From the human T2T-CHM13v2.0 reference genome, Homo sapiens, in assembly GCF_009914755.1 (NCBI RefSeq), contig NC_060929.1: DNA of 64,000 nucleotides. The stretch is one strand, 5' to 3'. Shown here in pieces: positions 1-13,489 of the stretch. The first letter of the stretch is position 1, and every line of letters begins with the position of its first letter. Below the pieces are notes generated by a model, which was given only the letters and a program-made list of their open reading frames with translations, was not told the DNA's origin and did not search any database. A program made the translations under genes and the position numbers.

Positions 1-3000
1 CAGACCATTCCAGGACTTGCCTTCTCTTACCCCCGCTGCCTGCGCTGTCCAAGCTGTTGAAAAGTTCAAGTGTTTTCTAAGAACTGCAAACATTTCTAAT
101 CCTATTACACATTATTCAGCTCATAGTTTAGACCATCAAACCCTTTTCCACATGAATTGCTGCTGCTCTAGGTCACTGCCATCCTGGGACCCTGAGGGTG
201 GCTCTTTAAATCTCAGCCACACTCACATTTATCCCTGCTAGACTTCACTTGGGTGGCTTTCAGCATCATTTCTGTGTCCTCTACGTCTGGTTCCATCGGC
301 GGCGGGCATTTGGCCAGGATACAGCAGGGGTGCTCTGCAGGAGACTGATTAGACAGAAGTACCGCCTGCGGCAAGGATGCTCCCCTCAGCAGCAGAGCCA
401 GGTGCAGCTCCACCTGACCCCACGCTGTCTTACCTGCAAGAAGCCACATTCTTCAAAGAGTGTGGTGGACCCCTGGCCAAGGCATTTCCCTATCTGCAAA
501 CTTGCAAACTTATTGGAGCAGGAAACGAGAGGAGGAGGCCCTGGCCTGATGGCTTGAAGGGTGCCCATGGCTGTGGTTGCCTGTTCCCCACCTCAGATCC
601 AGAGTCACACCAAAGACATGTTGAATGAGGCTTGGAATCTTGAAAGCGTCCTCTGTGGCCATTTGTAGACAAACTCAGATACTGACAGATACGAACATTT
701 CTAAAAATTTCTCCTAAAGGAAAAGGGAGAAATTATTCTGGAATGTCATGCACGATAGTATCTCACCTGTGCCTGGTGTTCTATGGTTCACGTGGCAGTT
801 TCACAAACACCAACTCCCTTCTTTCCTAACATTTAGAGGTACGTGGTTCAGGTGACAAATTTTAGAATGAGACATCACAGTGTAGTAAGTGCAGTTAAAG
901 TGTTCAGTGGGTGCTGGCCAGGACTCCTGGTGCAGGCCCCTCCTGGCAGTGCTGAGGAGGAACCTCCAGCCACAAGCCAGTGCCACATCCCACTCCTGGG
1001 GGTACCACTTGATCTGGGGTAGCACAGCCGGACCGAGGTATGTGCCAACCTTGAAGAGTCAATGATGACCTGAAACTGCAGCTTCTTTCTTAGGTCCTTG
1101 GACACCGTATCAGCAGCTCCCTGAGATCCAGGATGACTTTTGGCACTGCCAGGCTGCGGATGGAAGAGAGCACCGTTTGAGGTTGCAGCCCATTCCCTCA
1201 TCTTCTAGATTCCAATGTCACTCTCGCCCCACCTCTTGCAGCTGTTTCTGTGTTCCCTTCTCACTGTGGGAAAAGGCCAGGCTCTCCCACGGCTGCAGAC
1301 AGGCCCTGTCAATTAAGGATCACTTTCAATTTCCCTGTTTATAATCCTGCGGACACTAAACATCAATAATTCCTGCCCTCTTTCCTTGTCACTAGAAGAT
1401 TGATGGTGCACGTCGTCTCTCATATGAAGACATTTAAATGAAAATCACACTTCTGTCTGCATTCCATTTTCCTGCTGAGCGGGGGAAGCAACCCTATTAA
1501 ATCAAATTATATGTGACTTTTAAAACTTCCCTTTACAGTGTTCAATTGAAAATCTGAATCCTATCATAATACATTGCCTTTTTATGAGTAAATTGACTTT
1601 ACTTGGTCCCTTGGGGGTTTCCAGCCTCCCTTTCCATATTAGGAGGCAGAAGGACCTGCTGCCAGGCCACAAGGCACAGCACACATGACAGGGGCCTGGC
1701 AGAAGGGGACCCTCGTGCTCTGGGCACTGCCGTGGCTGGATTTGAGAGTCAACATCTGGCCCCAGCTCACCATGGCCGCGCTTCTCAACTCCAGCCTAGA
1801 GGAGGCTCCCAGGGCACCTACTGAACCTGTGGAGTAAGGGACTGTCTGATGCTGTTTACCTCCTCTGTGACGGGCCCTCCCTGTGTGACTCACAACATTG
1901 AACTCTTGCAGCAATGTCAGGAGTGGGACATGTCCTCATTGTACAGATGAAGAATCAATCAGGAGTGGGCAGTTTGCAGAAGCTTTGTACCCAGAACTAT
2001 CTAGGTCTGGTGCCTGCTGTTTACTCTCCAGGCCATGGATGACATGTCACACAGTCCCACCCCAGCAGGAAGGGGGATGGAGTAGGCCGCCGTGGCCGTG
2101 CGGATGGATGCACACAACATCTGTAAGTCTGTCCATCTGTCTGTGGAGCTCTGTGTCCGTGCATCTGGGTGAGCAAGGAGCCCTGGGCAAGTCTCTGCAC
2201 CAGCCTTTGAGAATCAGCAGATGTCGTTGTTGGGATAGGAGGTGCTGGTGGGAAGACTTGAAACTCAAGTTGGCCAAGTCAGTATTTAAAAACGATTAAG
2301 AAGAAATGAACAGAACAAATCCTATTAATAGCAAATGTGCATCTTACGACTAGATTTTAAATAAAATGTGGCAGGAACCCTGGATTGGAAGAGGTCCATT
2401 CCAGCGAAGAAATTCTATTGACTACAAATCCAACACAAGCCAGTGCCATGATGTGGTCAAAACAGCATCAAAGTCATCATAACAGGGTGTAATCTTGAGA
2501 TCAAGAAAAGAGAACATGTGCTCCTTGATGACTTGAAATAAATTTGCCATTCACTAAATACATCTCTGCATTATTTTTCTTAAGGAAAAAGAAAAGTGGT
2601 CATTTTATTCTGTTGCATGGAAAATATTTTCAGTCATAATTCAGGGTCACAAATTAAAAAACTCTACTGATGTGGCAAAAGTTGTTGGAGAGGAGTCTGT
2701 TGAGTCACCCTGTCATCCTCCATGTGTAGGACCATCCCTGTCCAACCCTTCCAACATGTGGCCTGGGTTCTTGGTGCTGGTGCCCTCCCAACAGGGCTGG
2801 GAGTGAGACACTCCCTTGGTTGGGGCTCTGCATGGATGGTTCATCCACCACTTCTAATGGGCTTGTCTTAGAAGGGCCTGCCACTCTCTCTCGAAATCCC
2901 ACACCTGACTTCGAGAAGATGTGTCTCCACACCTCCTGACAACACCATCTCACTGTTATTTCTCATCTGTGTCTGTGAGATCTGGAACAGGAAGCTGACA

Positions 3001-6000
3001 TTTGGAGTCAGGCAGCTCCAAGCCTGCATTAAATTCCTCACTGAGTAGCAGAGTGGCTGGTAAGAACCACGGAACCTCCACAAGGGACCCCTGCATCCTG
3101 TCTGGGAAGGGAGGATAGAGCTTGCATTGTGGGGTGGTGGGAGGATAAACTGACTGGGTTAAAGAAGCCATGGTACCTGGAACTTGGTGTCTGTTTTTGA
3201 AAATGGATTTTGGCTCCTCATCACCCATGCAGAGACCACTCTCCTCTGGGTGTTTCCCTCGGCTCTCCTCCAGGCAGACCATTCTGGGTAACATTTCCCT
3301 TCTGGGTGCTTGGACCAAGAGCTTGAAAGCTGCATTTGTCCCTGTTGGGCCTATGTCCTGTGCATCATTCTCACCCATTCTCTCCTTGCCCCTCTGCTAA
3401 TTCTTAGGAATCCATTCGTATTCTGAAGCCTCCCACCTTCCCATTTACACCTATTAAAATCCGTAAGCACTCTGCTGGGTTCCTTTCTTGTAAATTGCAT
3501 ATTTGATTTGAAATAATGAATGAGGATGTTTTGACATTTCTAATGAACATGAGTTAGTTTAGCATGTTTCTGAGCTGCTTCCAAAAATATCTATTTGTAT
3601 TCATCATTTGCCACATAATCCACCTGTAATCACCCCATTGTCATGTGATCAACTCTATTTTATCATCAGCAAGATCAACACCCTCACATCATGAAAAAAC
3701 CTATGCCATGAAACTCTTCCCAGCAGAATTGATCATGTACAACTCTGACGTGTGGTGTGGCAATCAGCAGGCAGTGATGAATATGCACACGGTTGCACGG
3801 GCAGGTGCAGAGACTGGCTTCGTCTTCTATTATTAACACCTTGGGGCTCATGCATCTACTATAATCTCATGCACCTGCTTTAAAGATGTAACTTGTGTTC
3901 CTTCCTGCACGTTTTCTATTTGTGTTGATTGTGTTCAGTTTCACTGGCCTGCTTTCCTGATTCCATGTGAATCCATCCCTGGTTTTTATTTCAGGAGTTG
4001 ACCACTGAGCCCGTCAAGAGTCAAGGCTGTGTTTGTGTGTGTCTATAGCAAACATTGTTAGAGCACAAGACAGGGCTCTGTTTCCTATAAGGGGACCTGT
4101 TTTGCTGAAGAAAAGAAGTGGCCATCCAAAATCACAGGAATGTCGGCTCAGGGCATCAGCTCTGCTCACGCTAACATAGGACTTGCTGAGATCAGGGTCA
4201 AGCACGGGAAGCAGATTGGGCACAGAAATGCCTTCCAGTCACTTGTGGATCCAGGGGAGCGTGCCTTCCCCTTTGATAAGCAGGACCGGGGTCAACAGCA
4301 GCTGCCACCCTGCCAGACAGGCGTCTGTGTGTTCTTGTCAGGGTGGGCACTCGGTGGGTCTCCTTGACGTGGCTCCAGTCTCAGAGGGCCAATGTGTGAA
4401 ATCTGAGGTTCTGCCTTCTGCCTCCAGATGTCTTCCCTCTGGGCTAAAGCCATGGGAAGGCACTTGTTTCGTGGAGGAGTAGGATTTGTGTCTCTGGCAG
4501 TTGTCCTGCACATTCAAGATGCAAGAGCTTTCTGTGCAACACAAGCAAAGCAGAGGAAAATGCAGCTATTTTCCCCGTGTGTGTGCACATGAGGGCAAAT
4601 GTGACTTCTTCGCGGTGCCTTTCAACACTGAAAACCTCCCGAGCCAAAATCAAATACACAGAGCATCTAGAATTTTCTGTTGATAAACACATCTCTTTCC
4701 ACTCACTCACTCACACTTGTATTCCAATCCATTGTTAATTCACATGATGTTGGGGCCGAAGCCTTTCATTTAAGTTAAATAGAAAGATCTCTTCCATCTC
4801 GACCTGCCTGTGTCCACGGAGCAGAACCGCGAACCTGTCGTCTTCAGCGCCCACGGCTGAGTGCGTGGAGACCTCCCGGCTGTGCTTGTCTCTGCCTTCT
4901 GTCTTGCTATTCAGAGGCAGTTCTCCTCTCTTCTCTGTTTATAGAGGTCAAACGTTTTAGTTCAAAAAGTGTGACTTTGGTACAAAGCCAAGCTGAACAA
5001 TTTGGACTCCAGATTCCTGACCCTGCCATTCCATGGGAGCCGAGGCCCCTTTCAGCCGAGCTTCCACTGCGGCTTCTTTGACATGCTTCACTAACCCTAA
5101 TAGCTCCCTGTTACTGGTGACAATTTAGCATCTGAGCCAGGAGCTGGAAGACAGGGGGAGAAAAGGGTGTAAATTATACGGAGTAGCGGGGAACAAAGGT
5201 TTTATTTCTCCTGAGCACAACCCTTTGATAGGAAAACGGGGGAGACAAATGTGTCGCTAATTTAATTAAGTGGTATGAGATTTCAGGGTCTACAGATGCC
5301 ATTTAGAACGGGATTAATCAAGAGCAGGTGACGAAAATGAATAGTCACACACAATGTTAGCGTTTTCAACAATCCGACACAGTCGGATGGAATCAAGAGC
5401 TCTTCAAAATAGGACACAGTTTTGCTTGCTAATCCAAATCTACCTACTCTTTCTCCTCACAATACACGGCTTGTTCTCACAAGGCAGAAACCTTTCCTAT
5501 TTTCTTGCTATAAGCGAGGCATCCAAAGCAAAGGGATAAAGAAATTGGTTTATGTACTTGATGCTTTGTTTATTCTTCCCTCCCCACAGTCTCTGATGAA
5601 GAGGTGTCATCAGGAGATCTTAGAGCACCTTTGGAGTGACCCTCAGTCCCTACTCCATGCTAAAAATTAGATGTGCCCCAGGTCAGCTCCATGGCTGAAT
5701 ATATGGACGCATCCCCAAACAGCGCCTGAGCACCTGCTGTGTAAGGAGCTCACCTTCATCCTGGTGGCTTGATGAGTCAGAAAGATACTGAGTGCCCCAG
5801 CAAACACAGCACGTGCCCAGAGGCCCCTGAATGGGGAGCATAACAGGGCCTGGCACACAGTAGGAAATGACACCTGTTTAATAAACTGAGCTGAACCGAG
5901 GGATGCGACTGGATGCTTGTGCCCAGAGGGGACCATGTCCTGCTCTACCTGCCAAAGTCCAACTTCCCTTAATCCACTGTGCAAATCACACTTGAACAAG

Positions 6001-6383
6001 ACATGGCTCCAAGCTTTCAGGAAGAGGTAACTCTCTTAACTTCCATCATACTTAACTTGGAAGAAGTATTTGGCATATGGATTATTCAGATATAAAGAAA
6101 TCTCTCTCAAATGCTTGACAGTACTTGAAAAATATTTTAGTCTCCTAAGAGTTCAAGCAGCATTCTGAAAATTTGACTTGTATCATTAATTCTTTTTCTG
6201 CATACACTTTAGAGACGGAGAAAAAGGTATAATTTTAGTTTTGGTTGCCCCTCATCTTTTCAGAAATTCTGACTTAGTAGAGACTAAGCTGGTGAATTCT
6301 TGCTAGTCAGGAAATATTTAAAAAGTATTGTGAACGACTTAGATAAATTTTTAAATTTCTCCATGCCTGATTGCTGTTCTTCT

Positions 6384-6872
6384 TCTTTATATATATATAT
6401 ATATACTTTAAGTTCTGCAGAACGTGCAGGTTTGTTACATAGGTAAACACATGCCATGGTGGTTTGCTGCATCCATCAACCCATCACCTACATTAGGTAT
6501 TTCTTCTAATGTTATCCCTCCCCTTGCCCCCAACCCCTGACAGGCCCTGGTGTGTGATGTTCCCCTCCCTGAGACCATGTGTTCTCATTGGTCAACTCAC
6601 ACTTATGACTGAGAACATGTGGTGTTTGGTTTTCTGAGCTTGTGATAGTTTGTTGAGAATGATGGTTTCCAGCTTCATTCACGTCCCTGCAAAGGACATT
6701 AACTCATCCTATTTTCATGGCTGCATAGTATTCCATGGTGTGTATGTGCCACATTTTCTTAATCCAGTCTATCGTTGATGGATGTTTGTGTTGGTTCCAA
6801 GTCTTTGCTATTGTGAATAGTGGGCAATAAACATACGTGTACATGTGTCTTTATCGTAGCATGATTTGTAAT
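6384..6872 (-). mobile_element. L1PA (L1PA7/8-like) 3' end fragment, tail converted to (TA)n
   Basis: Reverse-strand L1 3'UTR: 'tatactttaagttctg..gtgcaggtttgttacatagg..ccatggtggtttgctgca..gagaacatgtggtgtttggtttt..ttccaagtctttgctattgtgaatag'. Confidence 0.9.
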
Positions 6873-9034
6873 TTCAATATGTGTATTTTCTTCATTTAGA
6901 GATCCTTCTCTATGGCTGAAAAACAAAACAAACAAACAAAATCATTCCTAAACTTTGGAGGCCTATAACAATCTGTAGTGGTTTTTCTGGGGAAACATTT
7001 GAAACTATTGAATGTTTATTTAAAATATCTGGGAAATACCTAGGGATTTCAGACAAACACTTTACCCTTCTCCTTCAACCCCACAAATAATTGGAAGATG
7101 GATATATTGTTTCCTAAGTACTAAAGGAAAAATGATATCTGGGAGATGATTGTTGTTAGAATAAGCTCACTCTTTCAGGGTTCACCTTTCTGGCAATGCA
7201 TGAAGATGTCACATGAAACTTGTTTCATGGTAGATTCATGTATCTAACCCTTCGTTGGCCCAAAGGTTCCTGGGCACCTGAGAAGCTTGAAATCTCACAC
7301 ACATGCCCACCGTTGGAACAAGCAGTGCTGTGAGAGGCAGAGTCTAATTTTATTTCCTTTTATGCTTGTGAACATGACAGAAGCCTAACTCTTCCTCACT
7401 TAAAAAACACTCGGGCTCAGTGGGCACCACTTCATTCTACAGGTGTATAAGAATGGCTTTTTTTCTTGTATTCTGTGAGTGCAAAATGCCTCCCCGCCCT
7501 GGTCAGTCCTGCGTGGGGTGGCCATGCCAGCCGGGGGGCTCGGAATAGGGCTCTGAGCGGGACGGCAGTGCAGTCATGGGTAATAGAGACTAGAGCCGAG
7601 AAATCTCCATCTGCTCCGCTGAACAGCTCCATCTCCTTCAAGTAGGCTCCAGCCAAACAACCCTGCTCCCCGCGTGGATGCAATTCCGACTGGAAGCTGG
7701 AGAATCCCACACGCTGGCAAGGAAGGCCAGGGCTGACCTTCCTCTCTTCGGAAAATAACATAGATTGTGACAGAACAAGAGTAGAACTTGAATCATAACT
7801 GTATTTTTCTTTTGTGAAATTCATAACAGAGGTGGGCTGGGGAGGAGGGGTGATCTGGCACCAGCGGGGGCCTGTGATTCTCTGTCCAGCTTTGGCCCAA
7901 TAGACCGTGTCTTGGGCAAATTCCCAGATGTCCCACACCTCAGTTACCCCCTCATGAATGGACCGTGCCATCTCAAGATGCTCCCCGGCCTGGGAACCTA
8001 GGACTTATGATGATGCCGGCTTTGCTTTTGAGAGCAACAGCAGCAGATGAGGTGGGGCTGGAACCTTGATGCCGATTTGGGCGTTTGAATGAGACAGTCG
8101 GCCAGCAGAATCTCCACCCCAGCTGCCGTCAACAGGAGTGCAGTAGAGCTGGTAAAACGCACCCTGGCACCTGCGGAAAACACAGACTACAGATCAGAGC
8201 AAGTGGGGTGTGCCATTTCCCAGCTCACGGAGCAGGACAGGGAGCATTTGGAAAGAATCAGACCGCTTTGGGTGCAATAGATCTTGTAGGTGCTCCAGGC
8301 ATTGTGGAGACCAGAAATACCTGTTTCCTAAGGCCCAGCTCATTCTGGCAGTCTTACCTGGACCGTAGGGTCTGGGAGCTCTGAATGGACACTGTTCACT
8401 CACTGAAGAGATGGAAGACCAGGAGGTGACATGGCCAGTCTCCCGTGCATGTCAAGAGTGCCAGCAAACAGCCCAGAAACCTGCCTGTCTGCTTCCTCCT
8501 GGCTGTCTTGGGTTTCAGCTGCCTGCCTGCCAGGAGACACCCATCAGCAAATGCACGACTGCAGCAGCATTTCACAGGCCACTGGACGTCTGTGAAGCAT
8601 GCATTTTAAGCTGCTTTTGGCAGTTTGGCTCCTGGTCTCCAGAACCTGCTTTTACATTTTCAAACTACCCCTAAAGTTTCTTAATTAGACTGTACACAAA
8701 CTCACATGGAAAATTTTTTTAGGTGATATTTCAATTCATTTCAGATCTGTTTTCTTGGAATTTTGCGGGGTTGGCAACATGAGGAAACAGAAGACCTGAG
8801 TTCAGATACCAGGTTGAGTCCCAGCCTGGCACAGTCCAGGTAGAATCGTGCTGCCTCCCAGGGCTCCATCTTCATCACGTGGGTGAGGGAAGTGCTCACA
8901 GGTGACCCTGGCAGGAGGCATGTCCGGGATCAAGCCCCTCCCAGGTGCCAGGAGGCACTGTTCTAGGACCATGCCTCCTAATTTTCTTTTTCCCAGAGGA
9001 ATTGCCTTGCAGTACAGGAATCAGTGCATAGAGA

Positions 9035-9524
9035 AGGATCTGGAATGGAAGCTGAGGATTTTTGTCATAAATAGTGTCTTGACTCGAAAGCTGCCGGGTC
9101 TTTTGCAGATTTTTCTCCATAATTTAAGACTCATTCCTTGGCAGTGTTTTGTTCCTGTTATGTTGGCATTATTCTGGTTTTTTTCTGTTCATATGTTTGA
9201 GGTTATAATTAAAAACAAATCTGGAAATTTTGCATTAACTTAAACCAATGTTTGCTAGCCTGTTTGTTCTGAAATAATTCCAGGATCTGGAATGGAAGCT
9301 GATGATTTTTGTCATAAATGGTGTCTTGACTCGAAAGCTGCTGGGTTTTTGCAGATTTTTCTCCATAATTTAAGACTCATTCCTTGGCAGTGTTTTGTTC
9401 CTGTTATGTTGGCATCGTTCTGGTTTTTTTCTCTTCATATGTTTGAGGTTATAATCAAAAACAAATCTGGAAATTTTGCATTAATTTAAACCAATGTTTG
9501 CTAGCCTGTTTGTTCTGAAATAAT
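9035..9524. repeat. Tandem duplication of ~244 bp unique sequence (2 copies)
   Basis: 9035-9278 and 9282-9524 both begin 'aggatctggaatggaagctga' and end 'ttctgaaataat'; about 8 substitutions and 1 indel by eye; ORF track gives near-identical peptides (8902.. and 9292..). Confidence 0.95.
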
Positions 9525-9829
9525 CAGTTGTTTGATTCCAACTTAAGCAAAATGGCTAGTACAGATGCTCTAAGGATATTCCCTGTGCATAAAAAATGGG
9601 ATCAGCATAGCTGTTGGCATTTCTTTTCTCCACCGTCAGGTGTTCAGCCTGACCCTGGTCCCTCGCTCCAGCTTTCTGGCCCATTCGGGAAGGGCCTCAG
9701 AGCGTGCAGAGTGGCCTGACTTCTCAGTGGGAAAGTGCATGGAGACAACGATGTGCTAGGAGGGATGGCCCAGCTCGTAGGGTCCACGCCTGATCTGGGT
9801 GGAGCTGGGGGTGCAACGTCCTAGTTCTT

Positions 9830-10251
9830 TTTTTAATTATTATTATACTTTAAGTATTAGGGTACATGTGCACAACGTGCAGGCTTGTTACATATGTAAA
9901 CATGTGCCATGTTGGTGTGCTGCACCCATTAACTCGTCATTTACATTAGGTATATCTCCTAATGCTATCCCTCCCCGCTCCCCCCACCCCACACTATTCA
10001 CAATAGCAAAGACTTGGAACCAACCCAAATGTCCAACAATGATAGACTGGATTAAGAAAATGTGGCACATATACACCATGGAATACTATGCAGCCATAAA
10101 AAATGATGAGTTCATGTCCTTTGTAGGGACATGGATGAAGCTGGAAACCATCATTTTCAGCAAACTATTGCAAGGACAAAAATCCAAACACCACATGTTC
10201 TCGCTCATAGGTGGGAATTGAACAATGAGAACACTTGGACCCAGGAAGGGG
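9830..10251 (-). mobile_element. Young short L1PA insertion with twin-priming inversion and 15-bp TSD
   Basis: 9830-9993 is the minus-strand L1 3' terminus with polyT; 9992-10254 is the adjacent upstream L1 sequence on the plus strand; identical TSD aacgtcctagttctt at 9815-9829 and 10252-10266. Confidence 0.95.
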
Positions 10252-12987
10252 AACGTCCTAGTTCTTGAAGGGGTGTTCCAGTGCACCTGCTCTGTAGCTT
10301 TCCTGCAGTGACTGCTGTTGTGGGGTTGCTTCTCCCACCTGCCAGGGTTCACCCTGATGGGTGCCCAGGGCAGGCGAGGTGAATATTTTAATATTCGTTT
10401 CATGATTTTATTTTAGTTTCAAATGCCTTAAACTTGAAGTGTTCACAGAATCTCAGTTTAATAGAGAGCAAAGTGATGAGAATTGGTATGGAAGTGACTT
10501 TAAAGTAAATGTAATGTGCTAAAACACACAACACATGACGTCAAAATGTTTATCATCACTAGAAAAATGAAAACTTATGCACAATCCCTTTCAAAATTAT
10601 TATACATTGACATCTTAATGTGGTTTTATATTAAAATGTATCACAAGGCCAAATATCAAATATTTGAACCCATCTATAGTTTGGGATTATTGAAACATTT
10701 CCTTCCTTTCATGGTCATGGAAAATTGAGAGTTGGCTAAACAGCCTCTACAGCAGGAGAGGGGATGACCAGGAAGATGGGTATGCTGTCGGAACCTGTAA
10801 ACCAGAAGCCCGGGAAGGGGTGAGAGGCCATTAGCACCAAAGGAAGTAATTAATTATCAATGTGTCCAGAGAGATAATCTATTATAAGTAGCCCTATTAA
10901 AATATAAAGGGAAAATATAGGTCCTTAAAAAAAGACAGTATGTTCATGCTGGAGGGTGAAAATGAATAGGAACTTTTATTATTAAACTAATATACCATTT
11001 GATTAAAAAGTGAGCTATGTAAGCTTTAATAAGATAAGAAAGATGAAGTCGGTAAAAATATTCTTGAATTAGCTAAGTGAGGATTCTTTCCTTTCAAAAT
11101 TTTTCAACAGGGAAAAGGCTAAGGGAAAATGTGTGGGCAATTGTGAAGCTCACAGAGGCCATCCCGGAGGCTGTGTGAGAGCAGGGGCCTCCTCCAAAAG
11201 CAGCACCCTCAGGCACATTTGGAAGTGAGGTTGGGGAGAAGTAGAAAAAAAATCAGAATGTGGTTGTGCCACCTTTCCTTAGTTCCCTTTCCAGATGATC
11301 TTCCCCAGGTCATTATTCTTATTCCTGAAGGTTTCTTTCTTTCCCTATCCCCACCTCCCAGACTTGCTTCTGTTTCCTTCCCAGCCCTCTCTGATCCTCT
11401 CTCCCTCCATTTCTAGTGAAACATTTTGTGTTGTTGCTTTATTTTTGCTGTTGGAGGAATTACTCCTGGGACAGTGTCTATGAATCAGAATTCTAGAGCA
11501 TTAACTAATTTCTTACTATTGATAGTTTTGTTTTATTCAAACAATCTAATGGTCTTTCCTTGCAGCCATTTGATTAGATTCTGAAGGGCCCTTGGCTGAG
11601 CCATCTGGGCAGGGCCACCCCAGCAGGCCCTGTGCTGCATCTGAGATTCCTCACCATTCTGGGGCTTTTCAGAACCAAATGGTGAGAATGACAAAGCTCA
11701 AAGACAAAAACACGATGCAGGTGAGCTCTGTTGAAGAAAGGTCCTTAGACACTGAAAACGACACCACGAAAGTAATAATGAAGAAAGGGATACATGGATT
11801 CCTAGCTAAGAAGGAATGTACAAGCTCTTGGTGCTAAGGGACAGCAAGATTCCAGCATAAAAGACAATTTTTTAAAAAAAGAGACAGCAAGGAGGTCAGA
11901 TTCTTTTTGGTAATTTTAAAAATAGTATTTTTTTTAACTTTGAGATTTGTGTTGTCCTTAAGCCAAATGTGCCCATGACTTTTTTATTCACAAACACAAA
12001 TTATTGAGAAATGTATTTATACCTTTCCTGGCTGCAAATCAGGACTTGAGGAGACTGACAGACACATACAGCATCTGATGAGATCAAGGCAACCAAACGC
12101 GAGGCAATAGAAGGCAGGGCAGGTGGGCACAGTGGGAATCCTGAGCGAGGCATGGCCCCTTACAAGGCACCCAGGGCACATGGTCCTCGGGAAGTGGCCA
12201 CTCACTCGGAGCAGCCCTGCGTGGCTGGTGGACAGTGGCCTCCGCAAGAACGTGGCTGATGGACAGTGACCTCAGGAATGTCTTCCCCTCCCTGTAGGAG
12301 GCCCTCCTTGTCTTCCCATCCCTACAGGAGGCACTCCCAACACCTTCACTCAGAACATACCCTGGGCTGCCACCGAGAGCCAGGAGCTGCAAATGCAAGA
12401 GTCAAGAAGCAGAAAGGACAGGCTCAGCCCTCCTGGAGCTTCCTGTCCAGGACGGAAACAGGTCACGAGTGTGCCAGGGAGTGGACACTCCCGTGTGACT
12501 GCCACGTGCCCAAAGAGGACAGGAAGCAGCGAGAGGAACCACGGACTCACGGAGAACCATAGGAGAGGGAGGCTGGTGGGGGTTATCTGGGGAAGTATGT
12601 CCCAGGGACTGGCAACCCTGTGGGCCTGGGTAGAAGGAGGGAGGGAGGCTGTAGACTGTGATGCCAGGGAAGTGGGGGTGGGGCTGGGGCTTGGGCGGGA
12701 CCCCGGTTTCTGACCCTAAGCCATCCAAGGACCCTGGAGGTCTTGGGCCCCAAGGAAGGAGCCCTGACTTACTGGGAAGGGTTGAGAATGGGCTGTACGG
12801 GCCAGGCCCGGATGGAGCAGGGAGGCCGGGGGAGTAGGGTGCCTCATGCAAGTGTGGGAGGCGCTGCCCATCACGGGGCCTTGGCCATGGGGATGATGAG
12901 AAATGGCTGGGTTGGGTTTCCTTTGACGTTTTGAGTAGAAGATGCTGAGCTTAAATCATGAACCCTGGAGCACTGCTCTGGTTCTGG

Positions 12988-13084
12988 GGCATGGAGAGGA
13001 GGTAAGATGTCACGCCAGGGCATGGAGGGGAGGTGAGACGCCGCGCCCGGGCACGGAGGGGAGGTGAGACGCCGTGCCGGGGCA
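12988..13084. repeat. Short ~31-bp tandem repeat (about 3 degenerate copies)
   Basis: 'ggcatggaggggaggtgagacgccgcgcccg' / 'ggcacggaggggaggtgagacgccgtgccg' plus a diverged first copy. Confidence 0.7.
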
Positions 13085-13489
13085 TCAATGGGAGGTAACG
13101 CATGTGCAGAGGCCACGCTGGGCTTCACCAGCAGCTGGTCAGAAGAGGCTGCCCTTCTTTGGGGCTTGTTAGCACCCCTGAAAGAAAGAAAAATGAGATA
13201 ACAATAAAAAGAGCAATGCAAACCAAGTTAGAAATCAACATGCCTCCCAAAACTGTGCCCCTTTTCACCAAATGGAAACGTGAGACCAGCAGAGGAGCCC
13301 CTGGTGCTGGCCCCGTCGTCTCTGCCGAGCCGAGCACCAGAGTCGGCTGCGTGTCCACAGCCATGACTGTTCTCCAACGAGAGGAGAACGGAGGCCTTGG
13401 AGGAATCCTCAGAGTCATCCTGAGGAACCTCAGAAGTTGGGAAATTCTGCCACTGCCGTCCGGTTTTGCCCCTGTACACACTGCGGCCC

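Noticed and set aside
4809-4860. RE1-like half sites
   Set aside because: Too many core mismatches and wrong spacing
12220-12273. Two-copy 31-bp direct repeat (similar 39-bp pair at 15217-15295)
   Set aside because: Ordinary slippage micro-duplications with no further structure
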